From Eledone cirrhosa (taxonomy: Eukaryota): 64,000 nucleotides of DNA. The first letter of the stretch is position 1. The number at the start of each line of letters is the position of its first letter. Location: contig OZ024742.1 of NCBI GenBank assembly GCA_964016885.1, positions 191,518,001 through 191,582,000 of the forward strand, read 5' to 3'. The notes under the pieces were generated by a model. The model was not told where the DNA came from. It did no database searches and was given only the letters and a program-made list of their open reading frames with translations. The translations under genes were made by a program, and so were the position numbers. Shown piece by piece: positions 13,840 through 27,751 of this stretch.

Positions 13840-14950
13840 TTATTCATTAGCCATGCTGGGTTCACTTTAAGTAAACATTAAACACGGCAAAAGACGATGC
13901 ATTTTCTTTTTTTCCAAGTAAAATCAATTACGAAAAACAACAAACACAGAAGAAATTTCCAACAAAAACAAATTCCTTAATAGGGAGGAGACTTCCGAGT
14001 CTCACGCGTAGGAAAACCCACAAACAGCCACGGTCAACGTGACCGCTAGAGCAAGTGCCCCCTCCTAATTGTCCACCTTCAATCTACAGGTGCATACTGA
14101 GAACATCCTAATTCACTCGAACACTGCTCGCTACCCTCAGCCTTCTTTCAACAAATTGGTTGTAAGACAGCTTTCCCCTCTCCACCCTGATTCTCCTCTT
14201 CACATGAAACCTGGAAAAGTTAATCAGGGCTTCGTCAAAGAGGAAATAGCTTGTATTCAAACCTTTCAGACGTGTCCACCACGTGACATCTTTCGTCCAA
14301 CCAAGCAGATCACAACTGTCTCACCTTACCAAATAAAGAAAGCGGCGGGACAATATTTACGATGAACACAGATGATATCCAAACTCGGTCTACATGTGAC
14401 AGCTGGAGTTGAACATAAAGCCACAAGTGAACAATACTCAATCACTCAAAGAGTGCATGCGGGATGGTTTCGTTGGTCTGAGTGCATCTCAAACATGAGT
14501 GGCTGACGGCACTTCCATGTCTGTAGAGTCCACCTCGAGCTGGCAATGCTTCCCGGAAACACTACCAGATCAGAGATTTCTGAATGTTATCCATGAGCTC
14601 TGGATAGAAGAGTGTGGCTAATTATCTCTCGTCGAAACCCACAGTCTGCCCAAGATCGTCAATGATTTTACTCGCTACAAATTCTCTATAGAATGCCATG
14701 ATTATTTTTCCATTAAATAGAAAAATATATTGCCCTTGTTAAAACCTCTTAAGTTCAACCTGCATGCAAGTGACTAGATCCTTGCTGCAAAATCATAGCT
14801 GTAAATATGACACCGTACAGTACTATTATCCTCAAGTGGATTAAGACAGAGGTTAATGAGATAGACAGGACAAGGAAAATGTTCAGATATCTCTTGCATG
14901 AGGAATCATAGCGGAAAGTAAGATTAAATCGGATATACATGAAACGCACA
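13840..14950 (-). mobile_element. Degenerate L1/Tx1-like LINE 3' fragment
   Basis: 14490-14590 is similar to 17700-17795 and to the post-RT region of the LINE at 48470-52417; limits approximate. Confidence 0.5.
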
Positions 14951-15099
14951 GTTGGAAGCGGCTTAAATCGGTTACAGCATGTATCGAAAATGAGAGGTGA
15001 GGCATGAATTATGAACAGATAAATAACAACGAAACGTGTTTTTGCTTAGAAAAAGGGAGCGCTTGAATGTAAAAAAGTGTTTAACAAACGAGTCCCCGA

Positions 15100-15560
15100 G
15101 AGAAAAGAGTAACTGAAGCTAAAAATACAGTGCATATCCAATTAAAAAAATTGGATATGCACCTTCTAAAAAGGAGGACTGAAGCAGTACTAATCTTAGC
15201 CCAAGAACAAATTGGTGGCTAAAGGAATATATCATCTTCGTGAAAGTACTAAATGCTGTTTGTTTGGAGTTCATACAGTGTCATTCACATGGCAGGCGTT
15301 CAAAATGATAGCTCAACAAGTATATAAATAAGACATGGCAAGATATGTATGCACTTTCCTCCCAAAATCTGGATATCATATGTTTGTAAGTGTTACCAGC
15401 ATATCCCAGAAAGTGTCCTTTTTGACAGTAATAGATCCGAAATACTCTGTGAGTTCACTATTCAAACGGACCGTAGAATTGAACACAATATACCTGATAT
15501 TGTAGTTATGCTCATAAATAGACGTATAATGGCTAGCTAATAGCAACAAAGGTAACAGAA
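15100..15560 (+). mobile_element. R4/Dong-like (restriction-like endonuclease) LINE fragment
   Basis: EILCEFTIQTDRRIEHNIPDIVV resembles the LWDFxIQTD..HNRPDIVV motif; upstream TEAVLILAQEQ. Confidence 0.6.
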
Positions 15561-16919
15561 GGAGAAGAATTGAACGATAGATGTTTTACATCCGATAAGT
15601 TCTTTCTGACTTTTTAGATTTTACAATAAGCTGTGGACCACAGATGTCTGAGATATTTTTAACGGCTATAATTCTTTCTTTTTGGCTTATCTACAATTCT
15701 AATACGTGGTCTTTGTGTGTATTTATCTAGATATAAATATGTATTCTTGTATGTACGTATACACATACACACACTCATTCACACACAAACATGTGTACGT
15801 GCGTATATATAAATATATATATATGTTCATGTATGCATGTACGTATACTTATATATACCCCTAAGTGTATATATAATTAAATATACGTATATGTAGAAAA
15901 AAAAATATATATGTATGTACTTATGAGTAAGTATGTGTGCATATGTGAAGACATATGTGTGCGTGTATGTGTGTGAATGTGTACTGTTGCTTGCATAATC
16001 AGAATATTCTGTATGTTAATCCAATGCTTTGTGTGAATTTATCAATATTGGATGTCGTTAATATTTTCCCCTTGTCTCCTTTCTTACCACTTCCATTAAT
16101 CTGGCTGCATTTATGTATGTATATACGTATGTGTGTGTCTTCGTACGTATATAGATATGTGTTTGTGTGTATTTTAGTGACCAGTCATCAGGGCGGTCTA
16201 TGGTGGTGTTGATTTTCCATACACAACTAACATAACATAACATAACAACCACCACTCTATAAATGCAGCCTCTTCTACATACCAAGCAGCATTACTACTA
16301 CTACAATAGTATCAGGACTGTGTTATTGATCATTCCAAGTGAGCTGACTGCAACAAACCTTACTTTCACACTTAAGCTGCTTAAGTAATAACGTTAAATA
16401 TCAAACGAATATGTTCTGTGATTTGCGCTTCACTAGGCAGCCATTTTAAATATACTTTAGAAAGGATTATGGTAGCGATCGCATCAATATGAGCTAGGAT
16501 TTTTAACGGTGGTTTCTGGGTTTAGCAAAATTTTATTCTACTTCTGGTATTGATAATTCCATTTTGCAAATCAATAAAACGTGTCAGCTGGTTATTTACA
16601 TTTAGTAAATAAGAAATGATTTTAGTTTAGGGCAATGAACAAAACTACTACTACTACTACTACTACTACTGCTGCTACTACTACTACTACTACTACTACT
16701 GTCCCGTAACTCCCGAAGAAGTCGTAGGGGTACCTGACTTAGGACGTTTTTAAAAATGGAAGACCCCAATCTACTCTCGAGGCCTGAATATAGCAGATTT
16801 CTTCCAGAGAAAGATAGAGTGAGTGACGGAATGGCAGCAACAAAGAGATATGTAAGAAAATCGACCCCAGTACTAATCTGGTATTTTTTCATCGAACATG
16901 ACTTGACGAAAGATAACAT

Positions 16920-17420
16920 TGACCTCGACGGGATTTGAACTAAGAGAGCAGAGAACGGAAACGAATATCGCAAAGCATTCTATCCGACTTTCTAATGACT
17001 CTGCCAATTCGCCGCCTACTACTACTACGACTACTACCATAAATGATGGTTTCTGATTTAGGCACAGTTTTTCGGGAGTGTAAAATTGATTAAATCGACC
17101 GCAGTTTCTTACTGGCACTTTATTTTATCGACCCCGTAATGATGAAAGACAAATCAAAGCTCAGCGGTGTTTGAACGTGAGAGCCATAACTACATGCTGC
17201 AAAGCATACCCGACACTCTAACAATACAGTCAATAAACCACCTTTAATACTATTACTGCTTCTAGAAATTGTTTTTACATTTAGTACAAGGTCAGCAATT
17301 TTAAAGGGAGGGGAAAATCGATTAAATCGACCCCAGTATTTTACTGGTACTTTATTTTATCGACCCCGTAAGGATGAAAGTCGACATAACCTTGGGGTGA
17401 TTTGAATTCAGAACATAAAG
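16920..17420 (-). mobile_element. Cluster of three degenerate tRNA-SINE copies
   Basis: Repeated TTTTATCGACCCCGTAA..GAAAG core and GGGATTTGAACT B-box complement. Confidence 0.75.
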
Positions 17421-17429
17421 ACGACACAG

Positions 17430-20230
17430 AGCGATGCAGTATACTTTTCTGTGTGTAAAAAATGGGTTTAACAAAAAGTAAAATATCAAACAAAAAATAC
17501 TTAACATTTCAGAAACCCCCGATTGTTATTCGTGGAAAAAGCTCACAAAAAGCTATGGTCACTCTGATCGTAAGTGAAAGTGGCCTATCTTAAATTTACA
17601 GACGCATGTTCTGAACACGCCTACTCTCAAGGGCTATGCTCGCCCATCTTACTCATCGTTCAACAAACTAACTGGAAAGCAGCAACTGTTGTGCATTTAG
17701 GACAGGCCTAGCTGACGACACTTCCATGTCTGAGGAGTTTATCTCAAACTATCAATGCTCCCCCGTATAACTACTAGACCCGCGATTTCCAGAAATGGAC
17801 CCTTGGTCAAAAGCCCAGGGATTATGGCTCTCTCTCTCACTCTCTCTCCCTCTCTCTCTCTATATATCTATCTATCTTTGTTTGACCCAGAAATGCAGCT
17901 CCGTAAAGGAGACGAGCTGGGTAAAATTGCGTCTAAGAATCGATACCATATCTGTTCACCGTCAAAGAAAAGCTAGTGATTTCTTAGCCTCAGTGCATGT
18001 TTACGCATCATCAACCACAGCATCCCCTATCATGCACATAGCGGGTGTTGACAGCCAGTGTTGTCAATTGAGGACCAGGAAAAAGCTCGAAGTCGCACGA
18101 TAGTAGATTTTGGACGCGTTTGCCGTATCTGTCCCCCATTTTAGGGATAACTTCCTTTGTAAGAGATTGGGCACACTGTTCATTACCTCGTTGCAGTTCT
18201 TATCCACGGGGATCTGTCCCAAACCAAACCTTGAGAAAGATACCCGGTCTGTTAATCCGCTTTTGAACAGCATGGATATGTCACTGTAAGTGCCGACCTG
18301 CAGGCACACCCACCTATATTTTATGGTTAATTATCACACTCTTTTGTATTCCCTGTTGTCGGCGTCTAACCTCTCAATGTGTTTGGTGTTCGAACCAACT
18401 TTGGTCACATCGCCGGCATATGCTAAAGCGGATCTCGCCTATCAACGAGAGAGTCAGTATATAAACAAGGACGAATGGGGATAGCTTGGTGAATCAAGCG
18501 AATGGTGCTGAACGATTCTAAGAGTAGACCGTTCACAGTGACTACTGTGCAGGTGTCGTTGTTTTTTGCAGTGATCCATCTACTGAAAAACCAGCCCGAG
18601 TATTGCCGTCAGGTTTCGAGAGTAGACCCTAGCGAAAACTTGCTGATGATCTACGTTAAGGCACATTATGTCCCTTACGCACACTCTCTATAAGCTAGAT
18701 GTTGTCTTGGAATGTCGTATGTTTGCGCTAGCCCTACCAAATCACCAACTACAAGCACAAGCCTCGTTGGCAAACTTTTACCCAACATTTTGAACTGTAT
18801 GTGTAGCAAAGTTATGGGACCAAAATTATCTATATGGCCTCTCTTAGTCAGGTCCATTCGCAGCAGAACCACCGTCAAAGCCTACTTAACTAATTTGCTA
18901 ATCCTTTCTATAAACAATGTTTCCCTAGGACAACATGTTTATCTTCCAGAAACCGGGTCCCTGTTTCTCTCACAGAAATGAGAATTCTTCCGTTCTGCCT
19001 CAGATTACCATAGGCGTGATGTCACCAAACAAGTCTAGTATGTAAGCGTAAAACCATCTAAACGCGGTGGTTGCCTCTTGTACAGCTACTCATCGACTCC
19101 CGTATTCCAGCAACTATTTTCGGCTTTTCACAACATTCAGTTTCCGTCACCTAGAGACCTATTAAGTCTTCTAGGTATGGAGTAAAGTTCAAACGCTTGT
19201 TATGGTCCGTATTGTGGATTTGTTGCCACATTGCACCTCCCTCACTCTGACCATCTTGCAGCTTTCTTTCCTCGTGATTAAGAGCATGCGTCCTAACTCT
19301 GACAATGCAACCTTCTTGTTTCGAATTGAAGAATTGTTCGAGTGCGCGTCTCACCGTGAAAATGTCAGTTGCAATGCCTTTACCAATGGCTTCTTCTATC
19401 GTTCTAACCAATTCTTCCTCTAGTCTAGCTTTCTCTAACAGTATTCATGTACTCAATCTAATCAATTCTATTCTAATTGCTTTTTTCGGGGTAAACCCCA
19501 ATCTCTCATTGACGACTGTCCCCGTCAAAGCCTACTTAACTAATTTGCTAATCCTTTCTATAAACAATGTTTCCCTAGGACAACATGTTTATCTTCCAGA
19601 AACCGGGTCCCTGTTTATCAAGCGTGTTTAAGTCGACTACACAAATCACAAATTAATGCTGCGTGTAGTGTACGAACTTGAAACGTGGCCACCTTATGGC
19701 AATCTTATCCACTTCCCTTCAAAATACCCTATTTGGATGACATGAAGCTTTTATTCCATGTCAATATTGGCACATTCAGGAAATCCATTCCGTAGTTATA
19801 AGACATTCGGAAAAATATGAAAAGGTTTACAAAGCTTTTACACCCTTCTCTTCAATCTCCTATACGCCCACTTTCTCAGCGAAAATCTAAGATACTGTTC
19901 CAGTCAACCACTCCCACTAAAAAGAAGACCATTCCTAGAAGGTTATCTTGGGGCCTGGAGAAGTCAGTTGGTTATGCCACTGCTGAGGCACTGACGTTGA
20001 CTTCTCTGAAGGCATGCCTTTCGCTGCTGGTAACGTCCAGCTCTAGCAACGTATCTACTGGTTCCTGGAAGATGGTCCGTAGAATGAGATCCAAATCTTT
20101 CCGAAACACAGCGAATCCTCTTTCAGATCCAGTACCGCTAGCCGAATGAGTACACCACATAGTCGCCGAAAATGTGTGCGAATACTCGTGCCTAAAAAAT
20201 TCTGGTCTCACTCATGGTCACCATATCAAT
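17430..20230 (-). mobile_element. Degenerate L1/Tx1-clade LINE ORF2 (APE, RT, C-terminal part)
   Basis: GFAVFRKDL (APE), IDNFGPITLLHIQFKMLGKSL (RT), AYAGDV; collinear with the LINE at 48470-52417. Confidence 0.75.
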
Positions 20231-20329
20231 TCAATGACCTAAGGTCATTGTGAAGGTGGCCCTAACTTCTTGTCGACACCAAGCCATGTAGAAAAACAAT
20301 TCAGGAATAAGAGAAGGAAAAAACTGGGA

Positions 20330-20780
20330 AAGATCAATTACCCTACTCATGTGAAGGAGGGATGGTTGAACCATAATTCCAGTTCGACGTGGGCTCCTCC
20401 ACAATTACACCACTGTAAATTCCTTAGGATTTCGACCAGCGGAAATCCAAGAGTATTTAAGAATATCTTAACTAATTCATTGCATGTATGTTGTGTCATT
20501 TGTCTTATTTGTATGTATATAGACACTGCAATTTTTTTTGTTGTATTTGCGATGTGGTGCATTAGTTTCCTGTTGTTTGTGTTTATAGTCGAGCAATTGC
20601 TACGGTTTCTTTCTTTGAGATGTTTTTTTCCGTTTGTTGTTGCTGATGTGAGTTGGGTTGTGTATGAAAAGTTGTTGGTGTTTGCGGTACCCGTTGTGAT
20701 GTTGATAGTGGTGGTAATGGTCGTGGTACCGCATGGATTTAGGTTTTATATCTCCTCTTCTTTTTGGGAGAGCGAAATGA
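20330..20780 (-). mobile_element. PLE thumb/linker remnant
   Basis: LWFNHPSF resembles the IWFNPPF linker of Naiad-type ORFs; Asn/Thr-rich linker. Confidence 0.4.
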
Positions 20781-21225
20781 ATAGTAATACTTCAAATGAA
20801 ATATATTTATGGATGGTTTCGTGTATAGCGTTGTGTTTTGTGGGGTTCCATGTTAAGTAACGTACATAATATAGAGTTAACGGTTTTTTTTATGAATAAA
20901 ATTATAGTGTTGATTTCAAAGTCACTTCCTAAAAGGAGTAATGTTCAATAGGAGCACACGCACATACTCGCACGCGCACACACTTACACGCACGCGCACA
21001 CACTTGCACGCACGCGCACACATTCACACGCACGCGCACACACACACACACGCACCCACCCACACACAAACACACACAAACACGCACGCACACACACACA
21101 CACATACACACACACGCTTATAAATATATATATGTATGTAAAAGGTAAACAGAAATAACAACCCATTCGGTACATTATATGGAAGAGATATATTATGTTA
21201 ACACTTGATATAGCAGGAAGAGGGA

Positions 21226-21259
21226 CTTAACGTTTCGGAGGCTAGTCCTTCATCAGAAG
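21226..21259 (-). ncRNA. Minimal type I hammerhead ribozyme
   Basis: Reverse complement reads CTT-CTGATGA-A-GGA-CTAGCC-TCC-GAAACGTT-AAG; palindromic AACGTT stem III typical of PLE HHRs. Confidence 0.7.
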
Positions 21260-22186
21260 AAAGAATGAGAAATAAGATTAATTGAGGGGACGGGTGGGTT
21301 GAAATTGTAAAAAATGTCTTTAGATGCAAATAACAGGTCCATTCATATATATAATGTCGATATAAATATATATATACATATAGTTATATCTTAAACAGGA
21401 ACAAAAACAGAGAGGCAGTACACATATGAGTTTATTATGTTCATGCTTGTGAGAGTGTGGGAGGGAGGTCGTTTCGGGGATAAGCCCTCCATGAGGAGAA
21501 AAGTGGATAGGAAGAGGGTTCTGAGGGTGTGTGGGGGAGTGGTGAAAAGGCATTTAGAAAAAAAAGGGGGTGGAGGAGAAAAGGCATGAAAAAACAAAAC
21601 AAAGATATCGTTTCGATAACCTCAAAATATTCCCTTATATACTTTATTTACTAATAATAATTTATGATGTCTAGCCTGTGGTCTCCGTTGTTCTAAGCAA
21701 CATCACATTATTATACATGCGTACGTGTTTCTATATGACCATGTTTATGTGTATATTTGATATGAATGTGAGCATTTGTGCAGATGATGTGATTGAACTC
21801 CTCTGGCTCAATGCCAGCTTTCAATATATGGCTAGCAACGGATTAAAGTTGTTCCGTCGAAATACATTAAACAAACAATGATTTCGACCGAGGTTTACGC
21901 ATGCAGAAAAGCCAAAACTATTATCTATAAATGTATGAAGTTGGTTGTGGGCCCCGGGTTTACACAAAGGTAATTTAAATTTGCATATGGACAAATTGTT
22001 TCAAAGGGAAGCCTTAAGATATGTGACACTCTCTGAGATGTAGCTATACAAAAGAAATTGGTTGGTTACAGAAATTCTGAGTTAATTAACAATTCCAAGA
22101 TAACTAAAGATTGTCAATATCTTTGTAAAACAATTTATCAAGGATATGGTGAATTCGAGTGATTGGATTTTTCTATGAGTGAATAA

Positions 22187-22345
22187 TGGATTCTTATATA
22201 GGCACAAAGCCAGCAATTTATCGGTAGGGGAAAGTCGATTAAATCGACCCCAGTGCATGATTTGAACTCAGATCATAAAAGACCGTAAGTCTATGCAGCA
22301 AAGCATGGCGTCCGACCCTCTACTGATACTGCCAATCCACCGCCC
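22187..22345 (-). mobile_element. tRNA-derived SINE, internally deleted
   Basis: Same head and tail as 9050-9225. Confidence 0.85.
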
Positions 22346-23535
22346 TAGTATAAGTGAATAATGCCATGATATACGAGAGTAAGTTATTGATGATTATCAA
22401 GGAGAAGCAGAGAAGACTGGAAATGATGGAAAAAAAAATATGTTCGTGGGTGAACGGAATATCGTTCAGAATGAGCAAGAGAAAGAATGAATTGCAGAGG
22501 ACGATAGGAATATACAGCTAGTGATGAATGTTATGAAGAGAAATGTAAGGTGATGCTTGAGTCGTGTTTCAAGGAAATGTGAAAACGAGTAGAGTGATTG
22601 GTACACAGTCAGTGATAAATAGTTTGAGGGGAAGTTGTGTAACATAGCTAGGTCATACACTGAAGAAGGCTGGAAGTGCTTTGATGAGATGAGAGATGGT
22701 AGTGAATGCGGAAGGAAATTGAATGTGAAGACCAAGAAAGACAGCTAAAGATGATAGTAGAGGGGGTGAAATTCGATGAACTCGGTGAGGGGCTTGCAAA
22801 GAATAGAATAAAGGGAGAAGCTCGTCATACGGCGCGGAAGTCTTACTTCTGCTTTAGTCGCGAAAATGGTCTTAAAAAGCATGCATCTATTTTAAGTATT
22901 AATAAATCCTTTCAAAACCGAAAACTGCTACTAGGATAAGAAAAATATGTACATTGTGATCAACCAAGCATAATTCTTACAAAGAAAAAAAAAAAAGATT
23001 ATGTAAACCGTCTGATAATTTGTAAAAAGAAACAGAAGTAAATCCATTGTAATTCCATTTACATGAATGGAATCCTTCTATCAGAAGAATTGAATAGAAA
23101 ACTCTAAGTGTCTGAAATCATTGTAGCATTTTTCAAAGCTGAAAAGATTTTCTTTACCTCCGTTATTCCAGAAAATGGTTAACACGAAACCAGAACCGAA
23201 TATTAAGATAAAAGAAGAAAAGAACCAATGATTTTTTCCTTATTGCAAGATCACGTATAATGGGCAAAGAACTTCCAAATTGTATTTCAATCTTCCCAAA
23301 CAGACATGAATCCTGTTTTATGTCGGTTGGTGCCATTAATTTCTCTTATTTCTTCGAATAGTTCTGGAAGATCGAACGAGGATATTCGATAGGAATAGAC
23401 ATGCACAGACTCACATACATACATACATATACACACACAGGCGCACAGATACACACATATATATATACACACAGGCACACACACACACATATATATACAT
23501 ACACAGAACATACGGTTATATACATTAATGCACAC

Positions 23536-23595
<60 letters not shown>

Positions 23596-23679
23596 ATAAT
23601 AATGAATTTGAAGACTAAAGTCCAAAGAGGGCTCGATAAGGATAAATATATATCAGATATATAAGAACCGTAGAGCAAA

Positions 23680-24700
23680 TATTTATTAAAATAACAGATT
23701 AAATTTTAAGCAAAGAATCGCTGCTTCCACCCTTGACGGGATCTTCTGAAACTAAACAAGTCAATCTGTTAACGCAGAAGTAAATATTTCAAAAAACGTT
23801 GCAAACGAAGGAAGACAGGAAGACGATACTTTGGTTCGTGGAAACGTTCCCTGGCAAAGAACGGAAAAAAACGAAGATAATACGTCATTATTTAGTGCGT
23901 TGAGAACAATTACACGCAAAGACAAAACAACGTTTATGGTATAAATAAAATCGTAGACTAATATTCTATTAGGTGGTTCATAGAGACGTTATCTGGCAAT
24001 GAACGGAAAAAACGAAGATAATTCGTCATTATGTGGAGCAATGAGAAGAATTACACGCAAAGACAAAACCACGTAAATGGTGTAACTGAAATCGTAGACT
24101 AAAATTCTATTTAGGAAACCGAATGATTCTCGGCTTCAGAGTTAAGTATAAAGTAAATAAAATACAGAGGTAATTGAAATTAAATATATACATACACACA
24201 TCCATATACGTACATACACAAGCATACGCGCAAACACTCGCCATGGGTATGCAAATACAAGCACGTACACAAAAAAAAAAGAAAACACACACGCACATAA
24301 AGAACCCACGCAACGCCTGTACCGCACACATACGAACGTATAGACCAAATACACATAGAAAAAATAAATAAAAACATATATATATACATGTGTGTGTGTG
24401 CGTGTATACATAATTAAATAAACGTATATAAATATACACACATAAATATGTAAACAGCGCGCCCACACACACCCACATGTTAAGACACATATGTTCGCGG
24501 ACGTACGTCGACGCAGACGCAAAACTCACGTATACACATAACCAAATGCACATGTACCAGTATATATAAGATATACGCCAATAACATATACAAGTAAATA
24601 TACGTACGAGAAAATATACGTACCTTCACAAAACAGAAGATCCCGTTAAGGGTGAAAGCAGCGAATCTTTGCTTAAACTTTAATCTGTTATTTTAATAAA
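23680..24700. mobile_element. Inverted pair of HHR-like family D termini (23680-23748 minus, 24634-24700 plus)
   Basis: CAGAAGATCCCGTTAAGGGTGAAAGCAGCGAATCTTTGCTTAAACTTTAATCTG in both orientations; more copies at 43709-43830 and 55321-55410. Confidence 0.6.
23852..24113. repeat. ~142-bp tandem duplication
   Basis: GAACGGAAAAAACGAAGATAAT..ATCGTAGACTAA..TTCTATT occurs twice. Confidence 0.85.
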
Positions 24701-24752
24701 TATATATATATATATTGTTATACTTGGGGAGGGTCATATTTGTGTAATATTG

Positions 24753-24933
24753 TTTCTACTTTTGGCACAAGGCCAGTAATTACCCAGTGCATTACTGGTA
24801 CTTTATTTTATCGACCCCGTAAGGATGAAAGGCAAAGTCAACCTCGGCGGGATTTGAACTCAGATCGTAAAGGGACGTAACTATGCTGGAAAGCATGGCG
24901 TCCGACCCTCTACTGATGCTGCCAATCCACCAC
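24753..24933 (-). mobile_element. tRNA-derived SINE with 16-bp TSD
   Basis: TSD TATTTGTGTAATATTG at 24737-24752 and 24934-24949; nearly identical to the copies at 46712 and 60170. Confidence 0.92.
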
Positions 24934-25776
24934 TATTTGTGTAATATTGCCAGAATTAATAACAGAACACACTCACTGTTTGGTTGGTTTTCGCTTCTCG
25001 CTTCTGTGTCTTTTATATCGGTAATCTAACTTACTCGGTCCTCAATGTTACCATTAAACTGACCGACGGTCAAAAATAATACAGATACAATATAGACACA
25101 AACACATATATATAGTTTATCATAAATCTTTCGTTGCACATCTGCAACATCGTCAGTGGTGTTATATTTTCCTCCTGTTGTATTGTATGTTCACGCCATT
25201 TTTATTTATATATATGTCTACGCCATTTTTATATATATATATATATATATTTATACAGACTCACATGTACATATAGACACACTAAACACATACACATATG
25301 TATACCTATATATAAACACACATCTATACACATACAGAATCCCAGGAAACATATACACGGCACCTACTCAAACATTGAAACACAGGTTTCTAGGTTATAT
25401 TCACCAGTTCAAATTTATCACTGGCTAGGTGAATATTAGCGTCGGTTATTCTTTCTTTTTAATATAATACGATAGCATGTGGTATTACACCACCCTTTGT
25501 CATAAAAAAGAGAGAAGCTAATATTGTTATCAGCAAGTAATCTCCTTTACAATTCAGTCATATTATTTCTACAGCTGCTCACTCACTGGTGAACAGATTC
25601 ATACTTTGGGATTTCTTAATGAGTATAACGGCGATTTGGACTGCTAAGTTGTGGTTTAGTGTCCATATCTATAAGTGTTAATGAGCTATCATTAAGCACA
25701 CGTGTATGTATGTATGTATGTATGTATGCATGTATGCATGTGTGCATGCATGTATGTGTAGTTTCACAAGCGTAAA

Positions 25777-25997
25777 AATAATGATTTCTCATATAGGAAC
25801 AAAGCCAGTAATTTTGGGGAGGGAAAGTCGATTAAATCGACCCCAGTGCGTGACTGGTACTTTATTTTATCGAGCCCCGTAAGGATGAAAGGCAAAGTTA
25901 AAGTCAGTGGGATTTGAACTCAGATCATAAAGGGCCGTAAATCTATACTGCAAAGCATGGCGTCCGACCTTCTACCGACTCTGCCAATCGACCGCCA
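25777..25997 (-). mobile_element. tRNA-derived SINE with 13-bp TSD
   Basis: TSD TCACAAGCGTAAA at 25764-25776 and 25998-26010. Confidence 0.9.
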
Positions 25998-27212
25998 TCA
26001 CAAGCGTAAACATATTTAGACTAATTGTTGTCTGTATTGGTCTTTTTAATATCAAACTATACTTGTGTTAATGCGTGTGTGTGAATGTATGTGAGTGTGT
26101 GTGTGTGTGTGTGAGTGTGTGTATGTATGTATGTGTGTGTGTTTGTGTGTGAGTGTGTGTGTGCGTTTGTGTGTGCAATTATGCCTGTTAAATGTGTTAA
26201 TCTAAATTCAACAAATTTACTCCAAACTAATCCTATCAAAGTACCCAAGCAAATGCAATCCGAAAACTTATAAACAACGACACAATTAAAATCAAATGGC
26301 GCCCCTGATAACCATAACCAAATTCTTTCAGCATAACAACACCCAAAATAAACGAATGACTCTTAATAGTGAAAGGTGTCATCAGGCGTCACTGACCTAC
26401 CTACGTTGGATAGCTAGGTCTCTGCTCGCTAATGAATCATATGCACAACACATACCATATATTGCCCGCAACATGGATGTACTGAATTTCCTTGGATGTT
26501 GATAGTACTGATAGATAAACCCTGCTTGTGGTGGCGTTTCGCGTCGTCCGACACGCAACCATGTAGCACGTCCTACCTCTCTTCAAATGACTGGTGACGT
26601 TCTGGCAGATCTTTCGTTTTTTTTTCTTCTTTTCCGTTGGCTTGTTAAAATTATCGGTGCTGACATGAACGTTGAAAATTCATGTTTATGAATGGCTTAG
26701 AAAAGCATGGTGAATTACATTTAGAAATATGTTTCGTCTTATTTGTATGCGCCATCCTTGGTAAGGTAATACGGCCATGAGGGAAGCGCATTATAATCAG
26801 CCCTTCATTACCTCTCTGGAGGCTTCATGTCTTGATTGCTAGGTCAACGCCGGCCTTGCTACTGTGATTGTGAACTAACGTAAATCCTGTAGGGTTTTGA
26901 TTTTATACTGGCATTCTACCAAGCGATTCTTATTTTATTTCATTTTGTGATTTACGCAAATAATAAACAGAGAATACATCAACCTTAAAAAAATGTTATG
27001 TTCCTGTTATATAAATAGAAAAATATCAGTTAATGCTTGATATTCTTTTGCACGATTATAAATGCAATAGTTATGGTTTAGCGTCCATATCTATAAATGT
27101 TAATGAGATATCAATAAGCACACACACACACACACACACACACATATGTATGTATGCATGTATGTATGCATGTATGCATGCACGGATGTAAGTGTAGTTT
27201 CACAAGCGTAAA

Positions 27213-27428
27213 CATAATAGTTTCGTATACAAGCACAAAGCCATCAATTTTGGGAAAGTTGATTAAATCGACCCCCACTGCGTAACTGGTACTTTATTTT
27301 ATCGACCCCGTAAGGATGAAAGGCAGAGTTAACCTCGGCGGGATTTGAACTCAGATCATGAATGGCCGTAACTCTCTGCTGGAATGCATGGCGTCCCTCC
27401 CTCTACTTATACTGGTAATCTACCGCCC
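27213..27428 (-). mobile_element. tRNA-derived SINE
   Basis: Same core; shares its left flank with the 25777 copy. Confidence 0.88.
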
Positions 27429-27685
27429 TTAAATGCATTATTAATCACACACACACATATATATTATTGTGTGCGTGTGTGGATATATATATATATATAT
27501 AATTGTGTGCGTGTGTGTATATGGATATATATATATATATATATATATTTATGTAGAGGTTATATTTAATTTGTTGGGATACAACAAGCTAAATATTTTT
27601 ATAACTGATATAAAGCACTCAACAAATTATTGGAGTAAATATACAATATATTAACAAATGTAAACTATATTTATAAAACCATATG

Positions 27686-27751
27686 TATTTCATTATACAT
27701 ATTTCAAGGGCCACCATAGCAAACTATGGTGTTCTTTCATCAGATAAAATA
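27686..27751 (-). ncRNA. Type I hammerhead ribozyme (family A)
   Basis: Reverse complement reads TATTTTAT-CTGATGA-AAGAACACCATAG-TTTG-CTATGGTGGCCCTT-GAAA-TATGTA-TA-ATGAAATA. Confidence 0.85.

Noticed and set aside
17730-17755. CTGAGGAG..CTC hairpin
   Set aside because: No GAAA; it lies in LINE coding sequence, and the homologue at ~14520 lacks the core.
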